DNA from: Octopus bimaculoides
Taxonomy: Eukaryota
Direction of reading: 5' to 3'
Length of the DNA stretch: 58,172 nucleotides
NCBI RefSeq assembly: GCF_001194135.2
Contig: NC_068998.1
Coordinates: forward strand, 16,431,116-16,489,287
Below the pieces are notes generated by a model that was not told the DNA's origin, ran no database searches, and saw nothing but the letters and a program-made list of their open reading frames with translations. Position 1 is the first letter of the stretch; every line of letters starts with the position of its first letter. The position numbers and the translations under genes were made by a program. Below, in pieces: positions 15,160 through 27,800 of this stretch.

Positions 15160-16493
15160 CAGGTACCGTCGTTTGGTTTCTACTAAATCTATGCACAAGG
15201 TTTTGGTTGACCCAGAGCTACAGTAAAAGACACTTGCTGAAGATGCCACGCAATGGGACTGAACTCAAAACAATGTGGTTGGGAAGCAAACTTCTTAACC
15301 ATGCCTGTACTTATTGATTATAGTAAATGTTAATTGAAACACATAAGCTGTGTATTTCATTAGAAATATGGTCATGAAAAGCCTAGACCATGTGGTTTTA
15401 TTCTGTATTGGATCTCCTTGCTGGTGGGTACTCGTTGCCAGGTATGGCAGTAGTTTAACTTTGCTGGCAATGCATAGAAAACACAGTGTCATACAATCAA
15501 TGATTTTGTAACTAGGAAACTAATCCATTAGAAAATCTGTTTGAGACAGAAGCAGTATACAAACCCAAAAGTATTGTTTATGGTCACTTTAATGTGGCTG
15601 TCTTCTAAGAGATGTTGATATTACCATTTTAACCCCCAGGAAGACATCTCCTCTAGCTGGTTTATTCAGTGTGCTTCTTGCACTCAATATTTATTACAAG
15701 CAGGAGATAACTCCTGCATCCCTAGCTCCAAAACCATCAGACTACATGCTTTTGATCTGTATTGAATCTCCTCAGTGGTGGAGACTCATTGCCAGTCATG
15801 GCAGCTGTTTAATCTTACTTGCAATATATAGAAAACACAGTGTCATACAATCACTGATTTTGCTACAAGGAAACTAGTCCAGTAGAAAATCACTATTTGA
15901 AATTTAAAGCAGTCATAAACAATACTTTTTGCCTTCGTATTACTGCTTCTATCTCGAACAGAGATTTTCTAACAGACTAGTTTCCTAATTATGAACATAG
16001 TTTTATAAAAACCTGACAGTTCTTTTCTGACTTAAGCAGTAGGCTTCAATCATTTTGATTTTGTGTTACTCTGAGGATCTTCATCCCAGCCTTCACCGTC
16101 CTTTTTAAAGGATACTTGAAAAAATTGATGAGGTCTTGATGGGTGAGGGAAAAAGCTCAGTTTTCAAACTTTCCAGCCACATCCACCAGAGAACAACAGA
16201 ACACTCCTTCATTGTAGTCAACAGACATAGGAAGGCATGTAACTCTTCTTTACTGAAGGAAGGCAGTGGGTCAATCTTTACAGTTGACAGCAGGATCTGT
16301 CTGCAATCATCACAAACCACATGGTATGTCAAACAGTTGTTCAACATAAACACATTATACAGTGATAACAATTCAAGTTGTAACTCAGGCACAAGTTAGA
16401 AATTTTGAAGGTACTTCCAGTACTTAACAAGTACTTTATTTTATCAGCCTCTCTGTAAACAATGAATATCTAAGTCAGTCTCAAAAATGTGAC

Positions 16494-16543
<50 letters not shown>

Positions 16544-17097
16544 ACACGCGCACACGCGCACACACACTCACACTTGAGTGTGCCAAATGATTATAGAAAC
16601 TAGACTCCTAATTGAAGTGAAGTGATAAACAAAGGAACCAAGCAGCTGCTAGTTCGTAAATAAATAGAACAGGCAGCCAAGATAGAGAGACTGAAAAGGA
16701 GAAATAGTTACTGAATTATCACATTCCTCCATAGCTTTTCTGTTTTTATCTTCAACATATGATATGCTCATTTGACAAAGTCTCTTTCTCTGCATCAAAC
16801 TATGTTGTATGGAGCTTCTCTTTCACCAAAGGTCACTAATACTTGGGCTTTTTGTAGGTAAATAATATAGAGTTAAAAAATGGGTTTTCTCTCTGTGCAT
16901 GCATACATGTATGTGTGGGTGTGTGGGTGTGTGTGTGTGCAAGTGTTTGATTTAAAATCTGTATATATGTGAATGTATGTATGCATGTATGATGTATATC
17001 GGTATATATGTATGTACATAGATATACATACATGAATAAGGTATATATGTAAACACATGCACAAATATGCACAAATATATATACATGTGTGTGCATG

Positions 17098-17167
<70 letters not shown>

Positions 17168-18110
17168 CATATACATATGTGTGTGTGTAGTTTATGTACA
17201 AACATATACATATGTAATGCATACATACATATATGTGTGTATACACACACACACACATGCACACACACACATGCACGCACACACATGCACACACACATGC
17301 ACACACACATGCACACACACATGCACACACATGCACACATACATGCACACACATGCACACACACACACATGCATATATTTACAGATAGAAAAAAAATTAT
17401 TTCGTTTCACAGATTATTTCAGGCATACAGCAATGTATTAAATTAAGCACAAACTTCAACTTGTAAATTTTTTTTTTTTTTTTTGTAATCTTTGCAATCA
17501 CATATCTAAATATGTGTGCATGTAAGTCTGTATGTATATGTGTATGTGTGCCTGTAATTCTAAATATATATCCATGTATAATTACATTAAGTCCTGATAG
17601 TTCGTTTTGATAATTTGTCGCTAAACAGCGATAACTATTTTATATGTTTAGGCCTCACTGCTGACACTAACCAAATTTCAGTGCTAATGGTTGCTCTATA
17701 AGTGATTCCAGCAGAACAGATGCTAAAGGCTGTGGATATTCATTTCATAGAGATTCACCTTACTTTCAAAGTTTATTTATGGAACTGAAAATAACTACTT
17801 AGCTTGGTATGTTATTTTTATTATATTCTGCACATCCTGTTTTTAACTAATTTACTTACATTCATTAGATTCAACAGGTCTATGAGTTTTGAAATACTTT
17901 GGTTTTTTTTTAATTGTCACAGGCATGGCTGAGTGGTATAAGAAGCTTGCTTGCCAACCACATGGTTCTGGGTTCAGTTCCATTGTGTAGCACCTTGGGC
18001 AAGTATCTTCTACTATAGCCTCAGGCCAACCAAAGCTTTGTGTGTGGATTTGGTCGACAGAATCTGTAAAAAGTTCATTCTGTGTGTGTGAGTGTGTACA
18101 TATGTATGTA

Positions 18111-18144
<34 letters not shown>

Positions 18145-18169
18145 GACCTTTGGAAATGTGCTGTGCATG

Positions 18170-18407
18170 AGAAGACCAGGCAAGCCAAGTAAGATCGTTG
18201 CCAGTGCCCCTGGACTGGTTCTTGTGCGGGTGGCACATGAGATGCACCATTTTGAGCGTGGCCGTTGCCAGTACCGCCTGACTGGCTCCCGTAGGATTTT
18301 CGAGTGAGATCGTTGCCAGTGCCCCTGGACTGGCTTGTGCGGGTGGCACATAAAAGACACCATTTCGAGCGTGGCCGTTTTCGTGCGGGTGACACGTAAA
18401 AGCACCC
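18170..18407 (+). mobile_element. Non-autonomous retroelement with an internal ~118-bp tandem duplication
   Basis: gatcgttgccagtgcccctggactgg..cttgtgcgggtggcac occurs twice. A reverse-complement copy with a (gat)n tail lies at 39028-39232, and related tails at about 6895-7055, 36620-36735 and 39960-40055. Confidence 0.6.
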
Positions 18408-18703
18408 NNNNNNNNNNNNNNNNNNNNNNNNNNNNNNNNNNNNNNNNNNNNNNNNNNNNNNNNNNNNNNNNNNNNNNNNNNNNNNNNNNNNNNNNNNNNN
18501 NNNNNNNNNNNNNNNNNNNNNNNNNNNNNNNNNNNNNNNNNNNNNNNNNNNNNNNNNNNNNNNNNNNNNNNNNNNNNNNNNNNNNNNNNNNNNNNNNNNN
18601 NNNNNNNNNNNNNNNNNNNNNNNNNNNNNNNNNNNNNNNNNNNNNNNNNNNNNNNNNNNNNNNNNNNNNNNNNNNNNNNNNNNNNNNNNNNNNNNNNNNN
18701 NNN

Positions 18704-18736
<33 letters not shown>

Positions 18737-19441
18737 GCCGTTACGTTCTGAGTTCAAATTCCGCCGAGGTCAACTTTGCCTTTCATCCTTTCAGGGTCAA
18801 TAAATAAAGTACCAATTACGCACTGGGGTCGATGTAATCGACTTAATGCCTTGTCTATCCTTGTTTGTCCCCTCTATGTTTAGTCCCTTGTGGACAATAA
18901 AGAAATAAGATATATATGTATATGTATGTATATGTATATGTATGTATATGTATGTATATGTATGTTCATGTGTGTGTGTGTATTTTTGTATCTGTGTTTG
19001 TGTCTGTGTCTGTAAACCACCACCACCACCACTACCACCACCACTTGACTGTGGCCATGCTGGGGCATCACCTTGAAGAAGTGTTTACATCTCCGTAACT
19101 TAGCAGTTTGGCAAAAGAGACTAACAGAATAAGTATCTGGCTTAAAAAAACCCAAAAAAGTACTGGGGGGTCGATTCATTCAACTAAAAATTCTTCAAGG
19201 TGGTGCCCCAGCATGGCCACAGTCTAATAACTGAAACAGATATGTCAGACTTTGAAACTGTTTTCCTCTATTTACTTATGTTTTATTCAAACAACTTCAT
19301 GCTTTTATTTTGGCACAAGCTATATTTATAGTATGGATGTGCAGCATGCTTGCAACACATCCGTATAACCACACCCTTCCCTAGATATTTATCACACTAT
19401 TCATTTAACAGGATATTTCCCTCTTACCTATCAAAGGGGGT

Positions 19442-19794
19442 GTGGAGGCGCAATGGCACAGTGGTTAGGGTAGCGGACTCGCAGTCATAGGATCGCAGTT
19501 TCGATTCCCAGACCGGGCATTATGAGTGTTTATTGAGCAAAAACACCTAAAGCTCCACGAGGCTCCGGCAGGGGATGGTGGCGAACCCTGCTATACTCTT
19601 TCACCACAACTTTCTCTCACACTTTCTTCCTGTTTCTGTTGTGCCTGTAATTCAAAGGGTCAGCCTTGTCACACTGTGTCACGCTGAATATCCCCGAGAA
19701 CTACGTTAAGAGTACACGTGTCTGTGGAGTGCTGTTCCGTTGATCGGATCAACTGGAACCCTCGTCGTCGTAAGTGACGGAGTGCCAACAACAA
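19442..19794 (+). mobile_element. SINE family A copy with a short internal deletion
   Basis: Same head, body and ggagtgccaac tail; lacks the segment ctcagccacttgcacgttaatttcacgagcagg. Confidence 0.88.
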
Positions 19795-20477
19795 ATCATA
19801 GGAGGTACAAGCAATTTCACACACACATGTATACACATGAGGGAACTTCTGCCTACCAAATTCACTCACAAGGCTTTGGTTAGCCCAAGGCTATAACAGA
19901 AGACATTTGCCAAAGTGTCATGCATTAGGACTGAACCTGGAACCATGTGGTTGGAAAGCTAACTTCTTGCCCACATGGTTGATATTACATTTTTGTTATC
20001 GTTCTGTTCGGAGAAAAAATAATGAAGGCATGGTTGTGTGATTAAAGAGATTGCTTTGTAACCACATTGTTTTGGGTTCAGTCCCATTGCATGGTATCTT
20101 GGGCAAGTGTCTTCTCCAATAGCTTTGGGCTGACCAATGACTTGTGTGAGTTTGGCAGACAGAAACTGAAAGATAGACTGATAGACACTTATATTCATTC
20201 AATGTTTAAAAACTAGTTTTATAGATACTTCTTTCAAAATTCCTATTTTATTTTTCCCCTGTTAACTTGTGAAGGTTGAACTTAGTAAAACAATAAAGAA
20301 AGAAATCTAGCTGTTTCTTGCAATAAATACATCTAAAACAAAATTTTTCCATGGACCCCTAATATGATACTGTGGATCCCCAATTTACAATTTTGCTTGT
20401 ATGGATCCCCAAAAATCTTATATGGAACCCCTGGGGGTCATATGAACCCTGGTTGAGAACTACTGCATTAAATAATG

Positions 20478-20496
20478 GATAGATAGATAGATAGAC

Positions 20497-20572
<76 letters not shown>

Positions 20573-20596
20573 GGATAGAAAGATAGATAGATAGAT

Positions 20597-20628
<32 letters not shown>

Positions 20629-20657
20629 GGATGGATAGATGGATAGATTGATAGATG

Positions 20658-20706
<49 letters not shown>
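20478..20706. repeat. (GATA)n microsatellite
   Basis: Direct reading. Confidence 0.95.
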
Positions 20707-20707
<1 letters not shown>

Positions 20708-21587
20708 CCATAGAGTCTTATTACAAATGCAATTGAAGGCTTTAAAAATCAGTACTAATATTCGAGTGTTTTGTAAAATGTATGATTCATAATTTCTTTT
20801 ACATTCTACATTTTGGGTTTATGTTATTACTATTGTTTAATTCAGAACAGGCCAGTATTGAAACTGGTTAAGTATTTCAGGTTTGAAGTTTTGTCAAATA
20901 AATAGAGTGTTATAGGTCAGCTATGAAAAAAACTCTTTACAATAAATTGAGTATAAGCTTATTGCTAATGAACTGTGATATCACATAGTAGTGAGGAGAC
21001 ATGGGTACTAAATGTGGAAGCTATGTGTGAAGGCTGGAATGAAATGAGTTGAGAAAGATCTGCTGAATGTGGTTTGTTGATGTTGCATGAATGAGAGCTC
21101 CAGGCAGAGGAGCAAAATACTATGACCCTGAGATACCTGTATATGGTATAGAAATGTTTCCAATGCATGGCTGTGTAGTGAGAAACTTGCTTCACAACTT
21201 CATGGTTCTAGGTTCAGTCTCACTGCATGACGTGTTGAGCAAGTGTCTTCTACTATAGCCTTGGGCCAACCAAAGCCTTGTGAGTGAATTTGGTAGACAG
21301 AAACTGAAACCCATCGTGTGTGTGTGTGTGTGTGTGTGTGTGTCTGTGTCTGTGTCTGCGTCTGTGTCTGTGTTTGTCCCCCACCATCACTTGACACCCA
21401 GTGTTGGTTTGTTTATATCCCAGTAACTTGCCTATTGGGAGTTTTATTTGTTATATCTTTCTCTGTTTTCCCACTGTTTACACAAACGTTTTCTTTTCGG
21501 ACAAAACTCTTTGTAACCTTCGTCCTGTCTTTGTCCTTACATGGTTTTAATTTATATTAGCCCTTGTGGCCAATAAAACCAGAATCA

Positions 21588-21623
<36 letters not shown>

Positions 21624-21644
21624 GTACGCGTCTATCATTTCAGA

Positions 21645-21891
21645 ATGGAATCTTTCTATGACCAAATTTTCTGCAAACTTCCCTCACTTCCAGAAGAATT
21701 TCAAACTCGAGCCCAAACAGAATTAAATGAAACTAAAGACAAACGAGATGAATGTTTAACACAAATACGAGAACTAATTAAATCTGACAACAATATAGAG
21801 GCATGTTTTCCAACTGAAGATGATGACCACCTCCTTAGATTTCTCAGGTCTAAAAAATTTGATGTTGAAAGAACATTTGAGCTGATCAAAA
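21645..21891 (+). CDS. RLBP1: RLBP1-like coding exon 1 (CRAL-TRIO N domain)
   Basis: cag|aATG start; phase-1 donor A|gtaaga. Confidence 0.9.
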
Positions 21892-24800
21892 GTAAGATGT
21901 TTTAAAATGTCACTCCTGTCTAATACTGCAGAATGGTAGAAATAGCATTCATATCCTTGTCTATTTACAATCTGAATTCAAATTGTGCTATGCATTGTTT
22001 GAGCTTTCTCTTTCCCATTGTTGATCAAGTAAATGTCACTCGTGTAACTGAGATTATTTAATCAAGTATACACACTCCCCCAACAAATAAGTTTTAATCA
22101 TATACTAGGGCAGTTTAAACATGTGTATCGACTCCTCCAGCAAATAAGTATCAATCGTAAAGTGGAGTGATTTAATTACGTATATCCATTCCCTCAACTA
22201 ATAAATATGAGTCATATATTGGATGATTTAATGAAATATAAACATTCCCTCCACAAATCATACACTGGGGTGATTTCATCAAATATACCTACTCCCTCAA
22301 CTAATGAATAGCAGTTGTGTATTGGGTAATTTAATCAAATATGCACATTCCTTATATAAATTATATATTAGAATGATTTAATCAAATGTACCCACTCCCC
22401 CAGCTAATAAATATCAGTCATGAACTGAGTGATTTAATTGAGTAAACACACTACTCCGCAGTAAAAAAAAAATCAATATAATCATTGTTTCAAAGGAAGT
22501 AAAATGATTGAAAATGTAAAATACTAGATAAAATCTTTAATGTTTTTCCTCTGCACTTTGAGTTCAGATCTCTTTCGTTTTTGATTATCCCTGAGTTAAC
22601 AAAATAAACACACACACACACACACACATACACATGAACAGGCACAAGTATAGCTGTGTGGTTAAGAAGTGTAGCATAGAGAATGATGCACTGGAAGTGA
22701 GAGGGGAAATGACATCACGTGATGAAACAGGTGATTTAAGTGTGCTCTCTTTTGCAAGAGAAGTCAGTGAGAACAGATGTGCAAGTATGGGGGAGGGTGT
22801 CCTTGGGTATTTTGTCTACTGGCCAGTAGGATAGAGTATCTCTCTGAGCCATACAGTAAATTCTAGTCAAGCAATTGAGGAATTCATTTTTTGAAGTTGT
22901 TTGCCAAGGCAAGGCAAGAGACATTTTTGTCCTTTACACTGTAAGAAGTTTGCTTTCCAATTACATGATTCTGGACTCAATCTCATTGCATGACACCAGA
23001 GACAAATGTCTTCTACTATAGTCTTAGGGGAAACTGAAGCCTAATGAGTGAAACTTAAAGGACAAAATCTGTGTGTATTAGCCCACCCAGAGGAAGTATT
23101 ACTTTTCTTAGATGTTAGACTCAATCCATTACTTGAATAATAATTCAGGCTTTTTTTCGTTTTTAGGCCATGTTAAATTTAAAAGAAAGTACCCTGAAGT
23201 CTCAGAAGACCTGACATTTGAATCTGTTCGAGAATGTTTGTTAAATGGCTTTCCAAGTATTTTACCAGAACGAGATGCACAGGTGAGAATTTACTACTTT
23301 TTGTCAGAATTTATGTAACAAGAGAGTCTTAGAAACAAGGACAAATGATTTCACAGGTTGTTGTTGCTGCTGCAGCTGCTGTTGTTGAGGTAGTGGTGGT
23401 AGTGGTGGTGCAAGATAAAAAGGAGAAGGAGGTGGAGGTAGAGGTGGAGAAAGAGGGTAGGAGGAGGAGGTAAATTGATTACAATGACCCCCAGTGTTCA
23501 AATGGTACTTATTTTATCAACCCCAAAAGGACGAACAGCAAAGATCATATTGGCAGAATTTGAACCCATAATAATAATCCTTTCTACTATAGGCAAAAGG
23601 CCTGAAATTTTGGGGGCAGGATCTGTTGATTACATCAACCCCAGTGCATAACTGGTATTTAATTTATCTACCCTGAAAGGATGGATGCAAAGTCAACCTT
23701 GGCAGAATTTGAACTTAGAATGTAGCAGGAAGTGAAACACCAAGTAGCATTTTGCCTGGCATGCTAACTATTCTGCCAGCTCACGGACTTGTCTCATAAT
23801 AATTTTGATACAAGACCAGTTAATTTTGAGCAGGGGTCCTCAACCATCTTTTCTTTTAACTATGGACCCCTTTGATTATTATTTTATTTTGGTGGACCCC
23901 CATGGCCATTCGGTGTTTAAAAACTAGTTTTAAAGAAACTTCTTTCAAAATTCCTATTTTTTTTTATACACATTAACTTATGAAGGTTGAACCAAATAAA
24001 ATGTTAGAGAAAGAAATCTAGTCGTTTCTTGCAATACGTAGCAAAAAATACATCTAAAGCATAATTTTTTTCGGGGCCCTTAAAATACTGTGGATCCCCA
24101 AATTACTATCTTGTTGCAAGGATCCCCCAAAATCTTATATGGATCTTCAGGGGCCGTATGGACCCAGATTGAGAACCACTGATTTAGAGGGAAGGAGTAA
24201 GTCAATTACACCCCCCACCACTACCACCATCAAATCAACATTGCTTGTACAGGTGCACAGTGTTCCATACGTCAGGGGTCAAAGTGATCACAGAGCAACA
24301 TGAGATGAAGTGTTTTGCTCAAGAACATAAAGCACTGTATAGTCTGGGAATTGAGGAGGTGCAATGGCCCAGTGGTTAGGGCAGCAGACTCGCGGTCATA
24401 GGATCGCGGTTTCGATTCCCAGACCGGGCGTTGTGAGTGTTTATTGAGCGAAAACACCTAAAGCTCCACGAGGCTCCGGCAGGGAATGGTGGCGAACCCT
24501 GCTGTACTCTTTCACAACTTTCTCTCACTCTTTCTTCCTGTTTCTGTTGTACCTGTAATTCAAAGGGTCAGCCTTTTCACACTGTGTCACGCTGAATATC
24601 CCCGAGAACTATGTTAAGGGTACACGTGTCTATGGATTGCTCAGCCACTTGCACGTTAATTTCACGAGCAGGCTGTTCCGTTGATCGGATCAACTGGAAC
24701 CTTTGACGTCGTAAGCGACGGAGTGCCAACATTCACAGTCTGGGAATTGAACCCACAACCTCGCAATTGTGAGTGCAATACCTTAATCACTAGGCCACAT

Positions 24801-27800
24801 GACCTCACATTTAGGTATGAATAAACATGATCACACACACACATGTCATGTAAACTCACTCGTGTTTCTTCTCTTAATTTAGGGATGTATTGTGCTGCTG
24901 TTCAGTATAGGGAACTGGGATCGAAACAAATTCCCTAACGATGTGGTATTGAGGTCTTATCTCTTTCTCTTGGACTATCTACTCTTGAATGAAGAAACTC
25001 AACTGAATGGCATTACTATTGTAGAGAACTTCAAGAATTACACATTACTACAAGCACTGACAACTCGTCCCTCTGACATGAAGAAAATGGTCGAGAGCAT
25101 ACAAGTAAGTAGACACACTGGTAATGCATGACGTTTGCTCTCTCACACAGATAGATAAAGCTTATCTAATACCTAAAAATCATTTGACTTATCTAAGACT
25201 GCTGATATTTTGGGCCTCCATCTGAACAAATAGGTTATCCACTTGATAAATGAGTCACCACTTACCACAATGCTACAATGTCACTCAGCTAATAGAAATA
25301 GCATCCAAATTTTCCTCAAATCACACATTGCTGTCTTTAAAAAATGATGCTGTTATTTATAGCTGCTTGTCTGCTTCAAGATCCAACATTCCAAATAAAG
25401 ATTATATCAGTGAATGATTTGAGGGAGATTTGGTCGCTATTTCTTGCAAGTTGAGGGACTTGGTTTCTGAAGCTGGGTTTCTAGTTGGGGAGGAAGTCTG
25501 AAAAAGGGGACACTTTATTGTTCATATTGTTGTAGTCATTATTTAACCCTAAGTCAGCCCTTGTCAAACAGACCTGTGATCAGAGACATTTCATTCATGA
25601 CATCCAGTTTTTCTTTATGAGTATCTAAATTGACATTATCCAAAGTGCCTTTTTCCCGTTCTTTAAGATGATTAGAAATTATTTTAGAAAGATCTGACTG
25701 CTGTTTCTAGCAATTTGATATATCACTGAGAAGGTTCTATGCTTTGTGCTGCGATGATATTGCTGGTGATGGTGATGGTGATAGTGGTGATGCTTTGATT
25801 CCATACATGTTCATGTAATATACTTCTGCTTTTATGCTGCCCTTGCTAACTTTTTTTTTTTTTTACAGGGGACATTTCCTTCTCGGTTTAAAGGAGCACA
25901 CTTTATCTATCAGCCCTGGTACTTTACTCACACCGTCAGGCTTATAAAGCCCTTTCTGAAGACAAAACTAGCAAGTAGGGTAAGCATGGTGCATGGGTGC
26001 AAATTTATTCCTTAAAAATTGAAAACTGTCACACGCACACACACACACACACACACAATGCATACTCTCTCACACACTGTGCTTATACAAATACACTCTC
26101 TCGCACATGCACACACATACCTATATGAATACATATGCATAATCGCACATGTTGTTGGCACTCCGTTGCTTACGACATCGAGGGTTCCAGTTGATCCGAT
26201 CAACGGAACAGCCTGCTCGTGAAATTAATGTGCAAGCGGCTGACCACTCCACAGACACGTGTACCCTTAACGTAGTTCTTGGGGATATTCAGCGTAACAC
26301 AGTGTGACAAGGCTGACCCTTTCAATTACAGGCACAACAGAAACAGGAAGAAAGAGTGAGAGAAAGTTGTGGTGAAAGAATACAGCAGGGTTCGCCACCA
26401 TCTCCTGCTGGAGCCTCGTGGAGCTTTTAGGTGTTTTCGCTCAATAAACACACACAACACCCGGTCTGGGAATCAAAACCGTGATCCTATGACCGTGAGT
26501 CTGCTGCCCTAACCACTGGGCCATTGCGCCTCCACATAATCACACATACAACTACGCAAACATACATACTTTTTTTTATCTCTATTCTGTTTATCTGAGT
26601 CAAATGAAAGCGAGAGAGATTTTTGTGAAGTTACTTCTGTATAAAGATTTTTGTTATGGAACAGTAAATTTATATGAGATAAAAGAAACACTTTCATCAT
26701 GAATTACGTCCCTTCCTATACTATATTTATAATAATATTAATGGACTTATTGTACTATGCTACAACTCATCAGTAAAAGTAACCAAACTGCAGGAACGGA
26801 ACATAGAATATGGACAGGAAATGACCAGCAAATAAGTCTTTAACAAAAAAAAAGGAGTAGGGTGCATCAGGTGTACTATTGGCGAATTTCATGAAACATG
26901 GAAGTCTTGAAGGATGTAGTGTCTTGGCAGCTAACAGCTGATGTGGGTAGTTCATTCCATGCTTCAACAATTCTGAGCATGTCTTGTTGTGTCTTATTTT
27001 TTTCAAATAATGGGGTTTTTTACATCAGTTTTCCTGTTTTGTATTAAAAACGGTGGATTTTTGTTGGATCATTTCCACTATTCAGAATGCCGTTGTTAAT
27101 GTCAGACCCCCTCCGACATATCAAATATTTTGTCTACATTGAAGTGAAGGCCATTTTTTGCAAAGAGAATATGAACCACTTTTAAATACTCAAAAGCCAC
27201 CAAGTTGCTTTTGAGTAGTTAACCCTTTAACATTTAAACTGGCCATATCAAGCCAAAATATTGTTCAAAGTGGTCAGATTTGGCCTCTCACACCTATCCT
27301 ATAATATCATTCTAAAAATAAACAATCACTCATCAAAATCTCAAAAAGGTATGAGATAATGCATGATTAATTCAAAACAATATGAATAAATATCAGATTT
27401 GACAGAATAATGTGAATGCTAAAGGGTCAAATCTATAAATATACCATTTTAAATGTTAGGGGTATCGAAAAGTAATGCCACAGTTCATGTAATGTGTTCA
27501 AATCAGTACAAAACACATTACATATATACTTATTCATTCAAAATATAATTACCATCATTAGCAAATAACATTTTCCCACTTCGAAACCACTTTTCTCATT
27601 CCTCAGGTAAAAAAGAAATCATATTCTTTAGAAGAGGAAAAATGTTTGGAGTGCTGTTTCAACATCATCCCCACTTCTGAATATTTCTCAACTGGTAAAA
27701 TGTCCAAGTGGCATGAAGAGATGAAAATCTGATGGTGCAAGGTCTGATAAGCAGGGAGTGTTTGGTAGAGTTTCCCAGACTAATGAGGTTATCTTTTCTT

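Noticed and set aside
17651-17806. Candidate 5'UTR exon or TATA region for the RLBP1-like gene (tttag| ... TTG|gtatgt; tataag near 17697)
   Set aside because: Splice-like signals alone are too common in AT-rich DNA; there is no independent support without transcript data.
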